Origin: Balanoglossus misakiensis
Taxonomy: Eukaryota > Animalia > Hemichordata
Direction: 5' to 3'
DNA length: 64,000 bases
NCBI GenBank assembly: GCA_040954595.2
Contig: CM082596.2
Location: 10,436,461-10,500,460, forward strand
Positions within the stretch are counted from its first letter, which is position 1. Each line of letters opens with the position of its first letter. This document shows positions 1-15,000 of this stretch, one piece after another. A program made the position numbers and the translations under genes. A model generated the notes under the pieces. It was not told where the DNA came from. It made no database searches and was given only the letters and a program-made list of their open reading frames with translations.

Positions 1-3000
1 ACTTTTCGAAAGTTTAAAATTTTATGCATTTTTTGAAAAAAAATCATGGGTCACGGCTCACGAAAATCGTCCAAAAATGACAATTTTTCTACTTTGCGAA
101 AGTTCAAAATTTCCTTTTTTTTGAAAAAAATCATGGGTCACGGCTCACGAAAATCGTCCAAAAATGACAATTTTTCTACTTTGCGAAAGTTCAAAATTTC
201 CTTTTTTTGAAAAAAATCATGGGTCACGGCTCACGAAAATCGTCCAAAAATGACAATTTTTCGACTTTGCGAAAGTTCAAAATTTCTGCATTTTTTGAAA
301 AAAATCATAGGTCACGGCTCACGAAAATCGTCCAAAAATGACAATTTTTCGACTTTGCGAAAGTTCAAAATTTCTTCATTTTTTGAAAAAATCATGGGTT
401 ACGGATCACGAAAATCGTCCAAAAATGACAATTTTTCGACTTTGCGAAAGATCAAAATATCTGCATTTTTGAATAAAATCATGGGTCACGGCTCACGAAA
501 ATCGTCCAAAAATCACTATTTTTCGACTTTGCGAAAGTTGAAAATTTCTGCATTTTTTGAAAATAATCATGGGTCACGGCTCACGAAAATCGTCCAAAAA
601 TGACAATTTTTCAACTTTTCGAAAGTTTAAAATTTTATGCATTTTTTGAAAAAAAATCATGGGTCACGGCTCACGAAAATCGTCCAAAAATGACAATTTT
701 TCTACTTTGCGAAAGTTCAAAATTTCCTTTTTTTTGAAAAAAATCATGGGTCACGGCTCACGAAAATCGTCCAAAAATGACAATTTTTCTACTTTGCGAA
801 AGTTCAAAATTTCCTTTTTTTGAAAAAAATCATGGGTCACGGCTCACGAAAATCGTCCAAAAATGACAATTTTTCGACTTTGCGAAAGTTCAAAATTTCT
901 GCATTTTTTGAAAAAAATCATAGGTCACGGCTCACGAAAATCGTCCAAAAATGACAATTTTTCGACTTTATGAAAGTTCAAAATTTCTGCATTTTTTGAA
1001 AAAATCATGGGTTACGGATCACGAAAATCGTCCAAAAATGACAATTTTTCGACTTTGCGAAAGATCAAAATATCTGCATTTTTGAATAAAATCATGGGTC
1101 ACGGCTGACGAAAATCGTCCAAAAATCACTATTTTTCGACTTTGCGAAAGTTGAAAATTTCTGCATTTTTTGAAAATAATCATGGGTCACGGCTCACGAA
1201 AATCGTCCAAAAATGACAATTTTTCGACTTTATGAAAGTTCAAAATTTCAGCATTCTTTGAAAAAATCATGGGTTACGGATCACTAAAATCGCCCAAAAA
1301 TGACAATCTTTCGACTTTGCGAAAGTTCAAAATTTCTGCATTTTTTGAAAAAAATCATGGGTCACGGCTCACGAAAATCGTCCAAAAATTACTATTTTTC
1401 TACTTTGCGAAAGTTCAAAATTTCTGCATTTTTTGAAAAAAAATCATGGGTTACGGCTCACGAAAATCGTCAAAAAATTACTATTTTTCGACTTTGCGAA
1501 AGTTGAAAATTTCTGCATTTTTTGAAAAAAAATCATGGGTTACGGCTCACGAAAATTGTCAAAAAATGACAATTTTTCGATTTGCGAAAGTTCAAAATTT
1601 CCTTTTTTTGAAAAAAATCATGGATCACGGCTCACGAAAATCGTCCAAAAATGACAATTTTTCGACTTTACGAAATTCAAAATTTCTGCATTTTTTTTGA
1701 AAAAAATCATGGGTCACGGCTCACGAAAATCGTCCAAAAATGACAATTTTTCTACTTTGCGAAATTCAAAATTTCTGCATTTTTTGAAAAAAAAATCATG
1801 GGTTACGCCTCACGAAAATCGTCTAAAAATGACAATTTTTCGACGTTGCGAAAGTTCAAAATTTCTGCATTTTTGAATAAAATCATGGGTTACGGCTCAC
1901 GAAAATCGTCCAAAAATGACAATTTTTCAACTTTTCGAAAGTTCAAAATTTTATGCATTTTTTGAAAAAAAATCATGGGTCACGGCTCACGAAAATCGTC
2001 CAAAAATGACAATTTTTCGACTTTGCGAAAGTTCAAAATTTCTGCATTTTTTTTGAAAAAAATCATGGGTCACGGCTCACGAAAATCGTCAAAAAATTAC
2101 TATTTTTCGACTTTGCGAAAGTTGAAAATTTCTGCATTTTTTGAAAAAAAATCATGGGTTACGGCTCACGAAAATTGTCAAAAAATGACAATTTCTCGAT
2201 TTGCGAAAGTTCAAAATTTCCTTTTTTTGAAAAAAATCATGGATCACGGCTCACGAAAATCGTCCAAAAATGACAATTTTTCGACTTTACGAAATTCAAA
2301 ATTTCTGCATTTTTTTTGAAAAAAATCATGGGTCACGGCTCACGAAAATCGTCCAAAAATGACAATTTTTCTACTTTGCGAAATTCAAAATTTCTGCATT
2401 TTTTGAAAAAAAAATCATGGGTTAAGCCTCACGAAAATCGTCTAAAAATGACAATTTTTCGACGTTGCGAAAGTTCAAAATTTCTGCATTTTTGAATAAA
2501 ATCATGGGTTACGGCTCACGAAAATCGTCCAAAAATGACAATTTTTCAACTTTTCGAAAGTTCAAAATTTTATGCATTTTTTGAAAAAAAATCATGGGTC
2601 ACGGCTCACGAAAATCGTCCAAAAATGACAATTTTTCGACTTTGCGAAAGTTCAAAATTTCTGCATTTTTTGAAAAAAAATCATGGGTTACGGCTCACGA
2701 AAATCGACAAAAAATGACAATTTTTCGACTTTGCGAAAGTTCAAAATTTCCTTTTTTTGAAAAAAATCATGGATCACGGCTCACGAAAATCGTCCAAAAA
2801 TGACAATTTTTCGACTTTGCGAAATTCAAAATTTCTGCATTTTTTTTGAAAAAAATCATGGATCACGGCTCACGAAAATCGTCCAAAAATGACAATTTTT
2901 CTACTTTGCGAAAGTTGAAAATTTCTGCATTTTTTGAAAAAAATCATGGGTCACGGCTCACGAAAATCGTCCAAAAATGACAATTTTTCGACTTTGCGAA

Positions 3001-6000
3001 AGTGCAAAATTTCTGCATTTTTTGAAAAAAAATCATGGGTTACGGCTCACGAAAATCGTCAAAAAATGACAATTTTTCAACTTTTCGAAAGTTCAAAATT
3101 TTACGCATTTTTTGAAAAAAAATCATGGGTCACGGCTCACGAAAATCGTTCAAAAATGACAATTTTTCGACTTTATGAAAGTTCAAAATTTCTGCATTTT
3201 TTGAAAAAATTATGGGTTACGGATCACGAAAATCGTCCAAAAATGAAAATTTTTCGACTTTATGAAAGTTCAAAATTTCAGCATTCTTTGAAAAAATCAT
3301 GGGTTACGGATCACGAAAATCGTCCAAAAATGACAATTTTTCGACTTTGCGAAAGTTCAAAATTTCTGCATTTTTTGAAAAAAATCATGGGTCACGGCTC
3401 ACGAAAATCGTCCAAAAATCACTATTTTTCGACTTTGCGAAAGTTGAAAATTTCTGCATTTTTTTGAAAATAATCATGGGTCACGGCTCACGAAAATCGT
3501 CCAAAAATGACAATTTTTCGACTTTATGAAAGTTTAAAATTTCTGCATTTTTTGAAAAAATTATGGGTTACGGATCACGAAAATCGTCCAAAAATGAAAA
3601 TTTTTCGACTTTATGAAAGTTCAAAATTTCAGCATTCTTTGAAAAAATCATGGGTTACGGATCACGAAAATCGTCCAAAAATGACAATTTTTCGACTTTG
3701 CGAAAGTTCAAAATTTCCCTTTTTTGAAAAAAATCATGGGTCACGGCTTACGAAAATCGTCCAAAAATGACTATTTTTCGACTTTGCGAAAGTTCAAAAT
3801 TTCTGCATTTTTTGAAAAAAATCATGGGTCACGGCTCACGAAAATCGTCCAAAAATAACAATTTTTCGACTTTGCGAAAGTTGAAAATTTCTGCATTTTT
3901 TGAAAAAAAATCATGGGTCACGGCTCACGAAAATCGTCCAAAAATGACAATTTTTCGACTTTGCGAAAGTTCAAAATTTCTGCATTTTTTGAAAAAAAAT
4001 CATGGGTTACGGCTCACGAAAATCGTCAAAAAATTACTATTTTTCGACTTTGCGAAAGTTGAAAATTTCTGCATTTTTTGAAAAAAAATCATGGGTTACG
4101 GCTCACGAAAATTGTCAAAAAATGACAATTTTTCGATTTGCGAAAGTTCAAAATTTCCTTTTTTTGAAAAAAATCATGGATCACGGCTCACGAAAATCGT
4201 CCAAAAATGACAATTTTTCGACTTTACGAAATTCAAAATTTCTGCATTTTTTTTGAAAAAAATCATGGGTCACGGCTCACGAAAATCGTCCAAAAATTAC
4301 TATTTTTCTACTTTGCGAAAGTTCAAAATTTCTTCATTTTTTGAAAAAAAATCATGGGTTACGGCTCACGAAAATTGTCAAAAAATGACAATTTTTCGAT
4401 TTGCGAAAGTTCAAAATTTCCTTTTTTTGAAAAAAATCATGGATCACGGCTCACGAAAATCGTCCAAAAATGACAATTTTTCGACTTTACGAAATTCAAA
4501 ATTTCTTCATTTTTTGAAAAAATCATGGGTTACGGCTCACGAAAATCGTCCAAAAATGACAATTTTTCGACTTTGCGAAAGTTCAAAATTTCTCCATTTT
4601 TGAATAAAATCATGGGTCACGGCTCACGAAAATCGTCCAAAAATCACTATTTTTCGACTTTGCGAAAGTTGAAAATTTCTGCATTTTTTGAAAAAAATCA
4701 TGGATCACGGCTAACGAAAATCGTCCAAAAATGACAATTTTTCGACTTTGCGAAAGTTCAAAATTTTTGCATTTTTTGAAAAAAATCATAGGTCACGGCT
4801 CACGAAAATCGTCTAAAAATGACAATTTTTCGACTTTGCGAAATTCAAAATTTCTGCATTTTTTGAAAAAAAAATCATGGGTTACGGCTAACGAAAATCG
4901 TCTAAAAATGACTATTTTTCGACTTTGCGAAATTCAAAATTTCTGCTTTTTTTGAAAAAATCATGGGTTACGGATCACGAAAATCGTCCAAAAATGAAAA
5001 TGTTTCGACTTTATGAAAGTTCAAAATTTCAGCATTTTTTGATAAAATCATGGGTTACGGATCACGAAAATCGTCCAAAAATGACAATTTTTCGACTTTG
5101 CGAAAGTTCAAAATTTCGGCATTTTTTGAAAAAAAAGTATGGGTTACGGATCATGAAAATCGTCCAAAAAACAATTTTTTGACTTTGCGAAAGTTTAAAA
5201 TTTCTGCATTTTTTGAAAAAATTATGGGTTACGGATCACGAAAATCGTCCAAAAATGAAAATTTTTCGACTTTATGAAAGTTCAAAATTTCAGCATTCTT
5301 TGAAAAAATCATGGGTTACGGATCACGAAAATCGTCCAAAAATGACAATTTTTCGACTTTGCGAAAGTTCAAAATTTCTGCATTTTTTGAAAAAAATCAT
5401 GGGTCACGGCTCACGAAAATCGTCCAAAAATGACTATTTTTCGACTTTGCGAAATTCAAAATTTCTGCTTTTTTTGAAAAAATCATGGGTTACGGATCAC
5501 GAAAATCGTCCAAAAATGAAAATGTTTCGACTTTATGAAAGTTCAAAATTTCAGCATTTTTTGATAAAATCATGGGTTACGGATCACGAAAATCGTCCAA
5601 AAATGACAATTTTTCGACTTTGCGAAAGTTCAAAATTTCGGCATTTTTTGAAAAAAAAGTATGGGTTACGGATCATGAAAATCGTCCAAAAAACAATGTT
5701 TTGACTTTGCGAAAGTTTAAAATTTCTGCATTTTTTGAAAAAATTATGGGTTACGGATCACGAAAATCGTCCAAAAATGAAAATTTTTCGACTTTATGAA
5801 AGTTCAAAATTTCAGCATTCTTTGAAAAAATCATGGGTTACGGATCACGAAAATCGTCCAAAAATGACAATTTTTCGACTTTGCGAAAGTTCAAAATTTC
5901 TGCATTTTTTGAAAAAAATCATGGGTCACGGCTCACGAAAATCGTCCAAAAATAACAATTTTTCGACTTTGCGAAAGTTGAAAATTTCTGCATTTTTTGA

Positions 6001-9000
6001 AAAAAAATCATGGGTCACGGCTCACGAAAATCGTCCAAAAATGACAATTTTTCGACTTTGCGAAAGTTCAAAATTTCTGCATTTTTTGAAAAAAAATCAT
6101 GGGTTACGGCTCACGAAAATCGTCAAAAAATTACTATTTTTCGACTTTGCGAAAGTTGAAAATTTCTGCATTTTTTGAAAAAAAATCATGGGTTACGGCT
6201 CACGAAAATTGTCAAAAAATGACAATTTTTCGATTTGCGAAAGTTCAAAAGTTCCTTTTTTTGAAAAAAATCATGGATCACGGCTCACGAAAATCGTCCA
6301 AAAATGACAATTTTTCTACTTTGCGAAATTCAAAATTTCTGCATTTTTTGAAAAAAAAATCATGGGTTACGCCTCACGAAAATCGTCCAAAAATGACAAA
6401 TTTTCGACTTTGCGAAAGTTCAAAATTTCCCTTTTTTGAAAAAAATCATGGGTCACGGCTTACGAAAATCGTCCAAAAATGACTATTTTTCGACTTTGCG
6501 AAAGTTCAAAATTTCTTCATTTTTTGAAAAAAAATCATGGGTTACGGCTCACGAAAATTGTCAAAAAATGACAATTTTTCGATTTGCGAAAGTTCAAAAT
6601 TTCCTTTTTTTGAAAAAAATCATGGATCACGGCTCACGAAAATCGTCCAAAAATGACAATTTTTCGACTTTACGAAATTCAAAATTTCTTCATTTTTTGA
6701 AAAAATCATGGGTTACGGCTCACGAAAATCGTCCAAAAATGACAATTTTTCGACTTTGCGAAAGTTCAAAATTTCTCCATTTTTGAATAAAATCATGGGT
6801 CACGGCTCACGAAAATCGTCCAAAAATCACTATTTTTCGACTTTGCGAAAGTTGAAAATTTCTGCATTTTTTGAAAAAAATCATGGATCACGGCTAACGA
6901 AAATCGTCCAAAAATGACAATTTTTCGACTTTGCGAAAGTTCAAAATTTTTGCATTTTTTGAAAAAAATCATAGGTCACGGCTCACGAAAATCGTCTAAA
7001 AATGACAATTTTTCGACTTTGCGAAATTCAAAATTTCTGCATTTTTTGAAAAAAAAATCATGGGTTACGGCTCACGAAAATCGTCTAAAAATGACTATTT
7101 TTCGACTTTGCGAAATTCAAAATTTCTGCTTTTTTTGAAAAAATCATGGGTTACGGATCACGAAAATCGTCCAAAAATGAAAATGTTTCGACTTTATGAA
7201 AGTTCAAAATTTCAGCATTTTTTGATAAAATCATGGGTTACGGATCACGAAAATCGTCCAAAAATGACAATTTTTCGACTTTGCGAAAGTTCAAAATTTC
7301 GGCATTTTTTGAAAAAAAAGTATGGGTTACGGATCATGAAAATCGTCCAAAAAACAATTTTTTGACTTTGCGAAAGTTCAAAATTTCTTCATTTTTTGAA
7401 AAAATCATGGGTTACGGCTCACGAAAATCGTCCAAAAATGACAATTTTTCGACTTTGCGAAAGTTCAAAATTTCTGCATTTTTTGAAAAAAATCATGGGT
7501 CACGGCTCACGAAAATCGTCCAAAAATGACAATTTTTCTACTTTGCGAAAGTTCAAAATTTCTGCATTTTTTGAAAAAAAATCATGGGTTACGGCTCACG
7601 AAAATCGTCAAAAAATTACTATTTTTCGACTTTGCGAAAGTTGAAAATTTCTACATTTTTTGAAAAAAAATCATGGGTTACGGCTCACGAAAATTGTCAA
7701 AAAATGACAATTTTTCGATTTGCGAAAGTTCAAAATTTCCTTTTTTTGAAAAAAATCATGGATCACGGCTCACGAAAATCGTCCAAAAATGACAATTTTT
7801 CGACTTTACGAAATTCAAAATTTCTGCATTTTTTTTGAAAAAAATCATGGGTCACGGCTCACGAAAATCGTCCAAAAATGACAATTTTTCTACTTTGCGA
7901 AATTCAAAATTTCTGCATTTTTTGAAAAAAAATCATGGGTTACGCCTCACGAAAATCGTCTAAAAATGACAATTTTTCGACGTTGCGAAAGTTCAAAATT
8001 TCTGCATTTTTGAATAAAATCATGGGTTACGGCTCACGAAAATCGTCCAAAAATGACAATTTTTCAACTTTTCGAAAGTTCAAAATTTTATGCATTTTTT
8101 GAAAAAAAATCATGGGTCACGGTTCACGAAAATCGTCCAAAAATGACAATTTTTCGACTTTGCGAAAGTTCAAAATTTCTGCATTTTTTGAAAAAAAATC
8201 ATGGGTTACGGCTCACGAAAATCGACAAAAAATGACAATTTTTCGACTTTGCGAAAGTTCAAAATTTCCTTTTTTTGAAAAAAATCATGGATCACGGCTC
8301 ACGAAAATCGTCCAAAATTGACAATTTTTCGACGTTGCGAAAGTTCAAAATTTCTGCATTTTTGAATAAAATCATGGGTTACGGCTCACGAAAATCGTCC
8401 AAAAATGACAATTTTTCAACTTTTCGAAAGTTCAAAATTTTATGCATTTTTTGAAAAAAAATCATGGGTCACGGCTCACGAAAATCGTCCAAAAATGACA
8501 ATTTTTCGACTTTGCGAAAGTTCAAAATTTCTGCATTTTTTGAAAAAAAATCATGGGTTACGGCTCACGAAAATCGACAAAAAATGACAATTTTTCGACT
8601 TTGCGAAAGTTCAAAATTTCCTTTTTTTGAAAAAAATCATGGATCACGGCTCACGAAAATCGTCCAAAAATGACAATTTTTCGACTTTGCGAAATTCAAA
8701 ATTTCTGCATTTTTTTTTGAAAAAAATCATGGATCACGGCTCACGAAAATCGTCCAAAAATGACAATTTTTCTACTTTGCGAAAGTTCAAAATTTCTGCA
8801 TTTTTTGAAAAAAAATCATGGGTTACGGCTCACGAAAATCGACAAAAAATGTCAATTTTTCGACTTTGCGAAAGTTCAAAATTTCCTTTTTTTGAAAAAA
8901 ATCATGGATCACGGCTCACGAAAATCGTCCAAAAATGACAATTTTTCGACTTTGCGAAATTCAAAATTTCTGCACTTTTTTTTGAAAAAAATCATGGATC

Positions 9001-12000
9001 ACGGATCACGAAAATCGTCCAAAAATGACAATTTTTCGACTTTGCGAAAGTTCAAAATTTCTGCATTTTTTGAAAAAAATCATGGGTCACGGCTCACGAA
9101 AATCGTCCAAAAATAACTATTTTTCGACTTTGCGAAAGTTCAAAATTTCTGCATTTTTTGAAAAAAATCATGGGTCACGGCTCACGAAAATCGTCCAAAA
9201 ATGACAATTTTTCGACTTTGCGAAAGTGCAAAATTTCTGCATTTTTTGAAAAAAAATCATGGGTTACGGCTCACGAAAATCGTCAAAAAATGACAATTTT
9301 TCAACTTTTCGAAAATTCAAAATTTTACGCATTTTTTGAAAAAAAATCATGGGTCACGGCTCACGAAAATCGTCCAAAAATGACAATTTTTCGACTTTAT
9401 GAAAGTTCAAAATTTCTGCATTTTTTGAAAAAATTATGGGTTACGGATCACGAAAATCGTCCAAAAATGAAAAATTTTCGACTTTATGAAAGTTCAAAAT
9501 TTCAGCATTCTTTGAAAAAATCATGGGTTACGGATCACGAAAATCGTCCAAAAATGACAATTTTTCGACTTTGCGAAAGTTCAAAATTTCTGCATTTTTT
9601 GAAAAAAAATCATGGGTTACGGCTCACGAAAATCGTCAAAAAATTACTATTTTTCGACTTTGCGAAAGTTGAAAATTTCTGCATTTTTTGAAAAAAAATC
9701 ATGGGTTACGGCTCACGAAAATTGTCAAAAAATGACAATTTTTCGACTTTGCGAAAGTTCAAAATTTCTGCATTTTTTGAAAAAAAATCATGGGTCACGG
9801 CTCACGAAAATCGTCCAAAAATGACAATTTTTCGACTTTGCGAAAGTTCAAAATTTCCTTTTTTTGAAAAAAATCATGGGTCACGGCTCACGAAAATCGT
9901 CAAAAAATGACAATTTTTCGACTTTGCGAAAGTTCAAAATTTCTGCATTTTTTGAAAAAAAATCATGGGTCACGGCTCACGAAAATCGTCCAAAAATGAC
10001 AATTTTTCGACTTTGCGAAAGTTCAAAATTTCCTTTTTTTGAAAAAAATCATGGGTCACGGCTTACGAAAATCGTCCAAAAATGACAATTTTTCGACATT
10101 GCGAAAGTTCAAAATTTCTGCATTTTTAGAAAAAAAATTATGGGTTACGGATCACGAAAATCGTCCAAAAATGACAATTTTTAGATTTGCGAAAGTTCAA
10201 AATTTCCTTTTTTTGAAAAAAATCATGGGTCACGGCTCACGAAAATCGTCCAAAAATGACAATTTTTCGACTTTGCGAAAGTTCAAAATTTCTGCATTTT
10301 TTTTGAAAAAAATCATGGGTCACGGCTCACGAAAATCGTCCAAAAATGACAATTTTTCTACTTTGCGAAATTCAAAATTTCTGCATTTTTTGAAAAAAAA
10401 TCATGGGTTACGCCTCACGAAAATCGTCTAAAAATGACAATTTTTCGACGTTGCGAAAGTTCAAAATTTCTGCATTTTTGAATAAAATCATGGGTTACGG
10501 CTCACGAAAATCGTCCAAAAATGACAATTTTTCAACTTTTCGAAAGTTCAAAATTTTATGCATTTTTTGAAAAAAAATCATGGGTCACGGTTCACGAAAA
10601 TCGTCCAAAAATGACAATTTTTCGACTTTGCGAAAGTTCAAAATTTCTGCATTTTTTGAAAAAAAATCATGGGTTACGGCTCACGAAAATCGACAAAAAA
10701 TGACAATTTTTCGACTTTGCGAAAGTTCAAAATTTCCTTTTTTTGAAAAAAATCATGGATCACGGCTCACGAAAATCGTCCAAAATTGACAATTTTTCGA
10801 CGTTGCGAAAGTTCAAAATTTCTGCATTTTTGAATAAAATCATGGGTTACGGCTCACGAAAATCGTCCAAAAATGACAATTTTTCAACTTTTCGAAAGTT
10901 CAAAATTTTATGCATTTTTTGAAAAAAAATCATGGGTCACGGCTCACGAAAATCGTCCAAAAATGACAATTTTTCGACTTTGCGAAAGTTCAAAATTTCT
11001 GCATTTTTTGAAAAAAAATCATGGGTTACGGCTCACGAAAATCGACAAAAAATGACAATTTTTCGACTTTGCGAAAGTTCAAAATTTCCTTTTTTTGAAA
11101 AAAATCATGGATCACGGCTCACGAAAATCGTCCAAAAATGACAATTTTTCGACTTTGCGAAATTCAAAATTTCTGCATTTTTTTTTGAAAAAAATCATGG
11201 ATCACGGCTCACGAAAATCGTCCAAAAATGACAATTTTTCTACTTTGCGAAAGTTCAAAATTTCTGCATTTTTTGAAAAAAAATCATGGGTTACGGCTCA
11301 CGAAAATCGACAAAAAATGTCAATTTTTCGACTTTGCGAAAGTTCAAAATTTCCTTTTTTTGAAAAAAATCATGGATCACGGCTCACGAAAATCGTCCAA
11401 AAATGACAATTTTTCGACTTTGCGAAATTCAAAATTTCTGCACTTTTTTTTGAAAAAAATCATGGATCACGGATCACGAAAATCGTCCAAAAATGACAAT
11501 TTTTCGACTTTGCGAAAGTTCAAAATTTCTGCATTTTTTGAAAAAAATCATGGGTCACGGCTCACGAAAATCGTCCAAAAATAACTATTTTTCGACTTTG
11601 CGAAAGTTCAAAATTTCTGCATTTTTTGAAAAAAATCATGGGTCACGGCTCACGAAAATCGTCCAAAAATGACAATTTTTCGACTTTGCGAAAGTGCAAA
11701 ATTTCTGCATTTTTTGAAAAAAAATCATGGGTTACGGCTCACGAAAATCGTCAAAAAATGACAATTTTTCAACTTTTCGAAAATTCAAAATTTTACGCAT
11801 TTTTTGAAAAAAAATCATGGGTCACGGCTCACGAAAATCGTCCAAAAATGACAATTTTTCGACTTTATGAAAGTTCAAAATTTCTGCATTTTTTGAAAAA
11901 ATTATGGGTTACGGATCACGAAAATCGTCCAAAAATGAAAAATTTTCGACTTTATGAAAGTTCAAAATTTCAGCATTCTTTGAAAAAATCATGGGTTACG

Positions 12001-15000
12001 GATCACGAAAATCGTCCAAAAATGACAATTTTTCGACTTTGCGAAAGTTCAAAATTTCTGCATTTTTTGAAAAAAAATCATGGGTTACGGCTCACGAAAA
12101 TCGTCAAAAAATTACTATTTTTCGACTTTGCGAAAGTTGAAAATTTCTGCATTTTTTGAAAAAAAATCATGGGTTACGGCTCACGAAAATTGTCAAAAAA
12201 TGACAATTTTTCGACTTTGCGAAAGTTCAAAATTTCTGCATTTTTTGAAAAAAAATCATGGGTCACGGCTCACGAAAATCGTCCAAAAATGACAATTTTT
12301 CGACTTTGCGAAAGTTCAAAATTTCCTTTTTTTGAAAAAAATCATGGGTCACGGCTCACGAAAATCGTCAAAAAATGACAATTTTTCGACTTTGCGAAAG
12401 TTCAAAATTTCTGCATTTTTTGAAAAAAAATCATGGGTCACGGCTCACGAAAATCGTCCAAAAATGACAATTTTTCGACTTTGCGAAAGTTCAAAATTTC
12501 CTTTTTTTGAAAAAAATCATGGGTCACGGCTTACGAAAATCGTCCAAAAATGACAATTTTTCGACATTGCGAAAGTTCAAAATTTCTGCATTTTTAGAAA
12601 AAAAATTATGGGTTACGGATCACGAAAATCGTCCAAAAATGACAATTTTTAGATTTGCGAAAGTTCAAAATTTCCTTTTTTTGAAAAAAATCATGGGTCA
12701 CGGCTCACGAAAATCGTCCAAAAATGACAATTTTTCGACTTTGCGAAAGTTCAAAATTTCTGCATTTTTTTTGAAAAAAATCATGGGTCACGGCTCACGA
12801 AAATCGTCCAAAAATGACAATTTTTCGACTTTGCGAAAGTTTAAAATTTCTGCATTTTTTGAAAAAAATCATGGGTCACGGCTCACGAAAATCGTCCAAA
12901 AATTACTATTTTTCGACTTTGCGAAAGTTGAAAATTTCTGCATTTTTTGAAAAAAAAATCATGGGTTACGGCTCACGAAAATCGTCCAAAAATTACTATT
13001 TTTCGACTTTGCGAAAGTTGAAAATTTCTGCATTTTTTGAAAAAAATCATGGGTCACGGCTCACGAAAATCGTCAAAAAATGACAATTTTTCGACTTTGC
13101 GAAAGTTCAAAATTTCTGCATTTTTTTAAAAAAAATCATGGGTCACGGCTCACGAAAATCGTCCAAAAATGACAATTTTTCGACTTTGCGAAAGTTCAAA
13201 ATTTCCTTTTTTTGAAAAAAATCATGGGTCACGGCTTACGAAAATCGTCCAAAAATGACAATTTTTCGACATTGCGAAAGTTCAAAATTTTTGCATTTTT
13301 AGAAAAAAAATCATGGGTTACGGCACACGAAAATCGTCAAAAAATGACAATTTTTAGATTTGCGAAAGTTCAAAATTTCCTTTTTTTGAAAAAAATCATG
13401 GATCACGGCTCACGAAAATCGTCCAAAAATGAAAATTTTTCGACTTTGCGAAATTCAAAATTTCTGCATTTTTTTGAAAAAAATCATGGGTCACGGCTCA
13501 CGAAAATCGTCCAAAAATGACAATTTTTCGACTTTGCGAAAGTTCAAAATTTCTGCATTTTTTGAAAAAAAATCATGGGTTACGGCTCACGAAAATCGTC
13601 AAAAAATGACAATTTTTCAACTTTTCGAAAGTTCAAAATTTTATGCATTTTTTGAAAAAAAATTATGGGTTACGGCTCACGAAAATCATAAAATTAACAA
13701 TTTTTCAACTTTTCGAAAGTTCAAAATGTTATGCATTTTTTGAAAAAAAATCATGGGTCACGGCTCACGAAAAAAGTCCAAAAATGACAATTTTTCGACT
13801 TTTCGAAAGTTCAAAATTTTACGCATTTTTTGAAAAAAAATCATGGGTCACGGCTCACGAAAATCGTCCAAAAATGACAATTTTTCGACTTTATGAAAGT
13901 TCAAAATTTCTGCATTTTTTGAAAAAATTATGGGTTACGGATCACGAAAATCGTCCAAAAATGACAATTTTTAGATTTGCGAAAGTTCAAAATTTCCTTT
14001 TTTTGAAAAAAATCATGGGTCACGGCTCACGAAAATCGTCCAAAAATGACAATTTTTCGACTTTGCGAAAGTTCAAAATTTCTGCATTTTTTTTGAAAAA
14101 AATCATGGGTCACGGCTCACGAAAATCGTCCAAAAATGACAATTTTTCGACTTTGCGAAAGTTTAAAATTTCTGCATTTTTTGAAAAAAATCATGGGTCA
14201 CGGCTCACGAAAATCGTCCAAAAATTACTATTTTTCGACTTTGCGAAAGTTGAAAATTTCTGCATTTTTTGAAAAAAAAATCATGGGTTACGGCTCACGA
14301 AAATCGTCCAAAAATTACTATTTTTCGACTTTGCGAAAGTTGAAAATTTCTGCATTTTTTGAAAAAAATCATGGGTCACGGCTCACGAAAATCGTCAAAA
14401 AATGACAATTTTTCGACTTTGCGAAAGTTCAAAATTTCTGCATTTTTTTAAATAAAATCATGGGTCACAGCTCACGAAAATCGTCCAAAAATGACAATTT
14501 TTCGACTTTGCGAAAGTTCAAAATTTCCTTTTTTTGAAAAAAATCATGGGTCACGGCTTACGAAAATCGTCCAAAAATGACAATTTTTCGACATTGCGAA
14601 AGTTCAAAATTTTTGCATTTTTAGAAAAAAAATCATGGGTTACGGCACACGAAAATCGTCAAAAAATGACAATTTTTAGATTTGCGAAAGTTCAAAATTT
14701 CCTTTTTTTGAAAAAAATCATGGATCACGGCTCACGAAAATCGTCCAAAAATGAAAATTTTTCGACTTTGCGAAATTCAAAATTTCTGCATTTTTTTGAA
14801 AAAAATCATGGGTCACGGCTCACGAAAATCGTCCAAAAATGACAATTTTTCGACTTTGCGAAAGTTCAAAATTTCTGCATTTTTTGAAAAAAAATCATGG
14901 GTTACGGCTCACGAAAATCGTCAAAAAATGACAATTTTTCAACTTTTCGAAAGTTCAAAATTTTATGCATTTTTTGAAAAAAAATTATGGGTTACGGCTC

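Noticed and set aside
40-75. CENP-B box in the satellite (TTTCGTGAGCCGTGACC on the minus strand)
   Set aside because: Has TTCG but lacks the A and CGGG positions of nTTCGnnnnAnnCGGGn.
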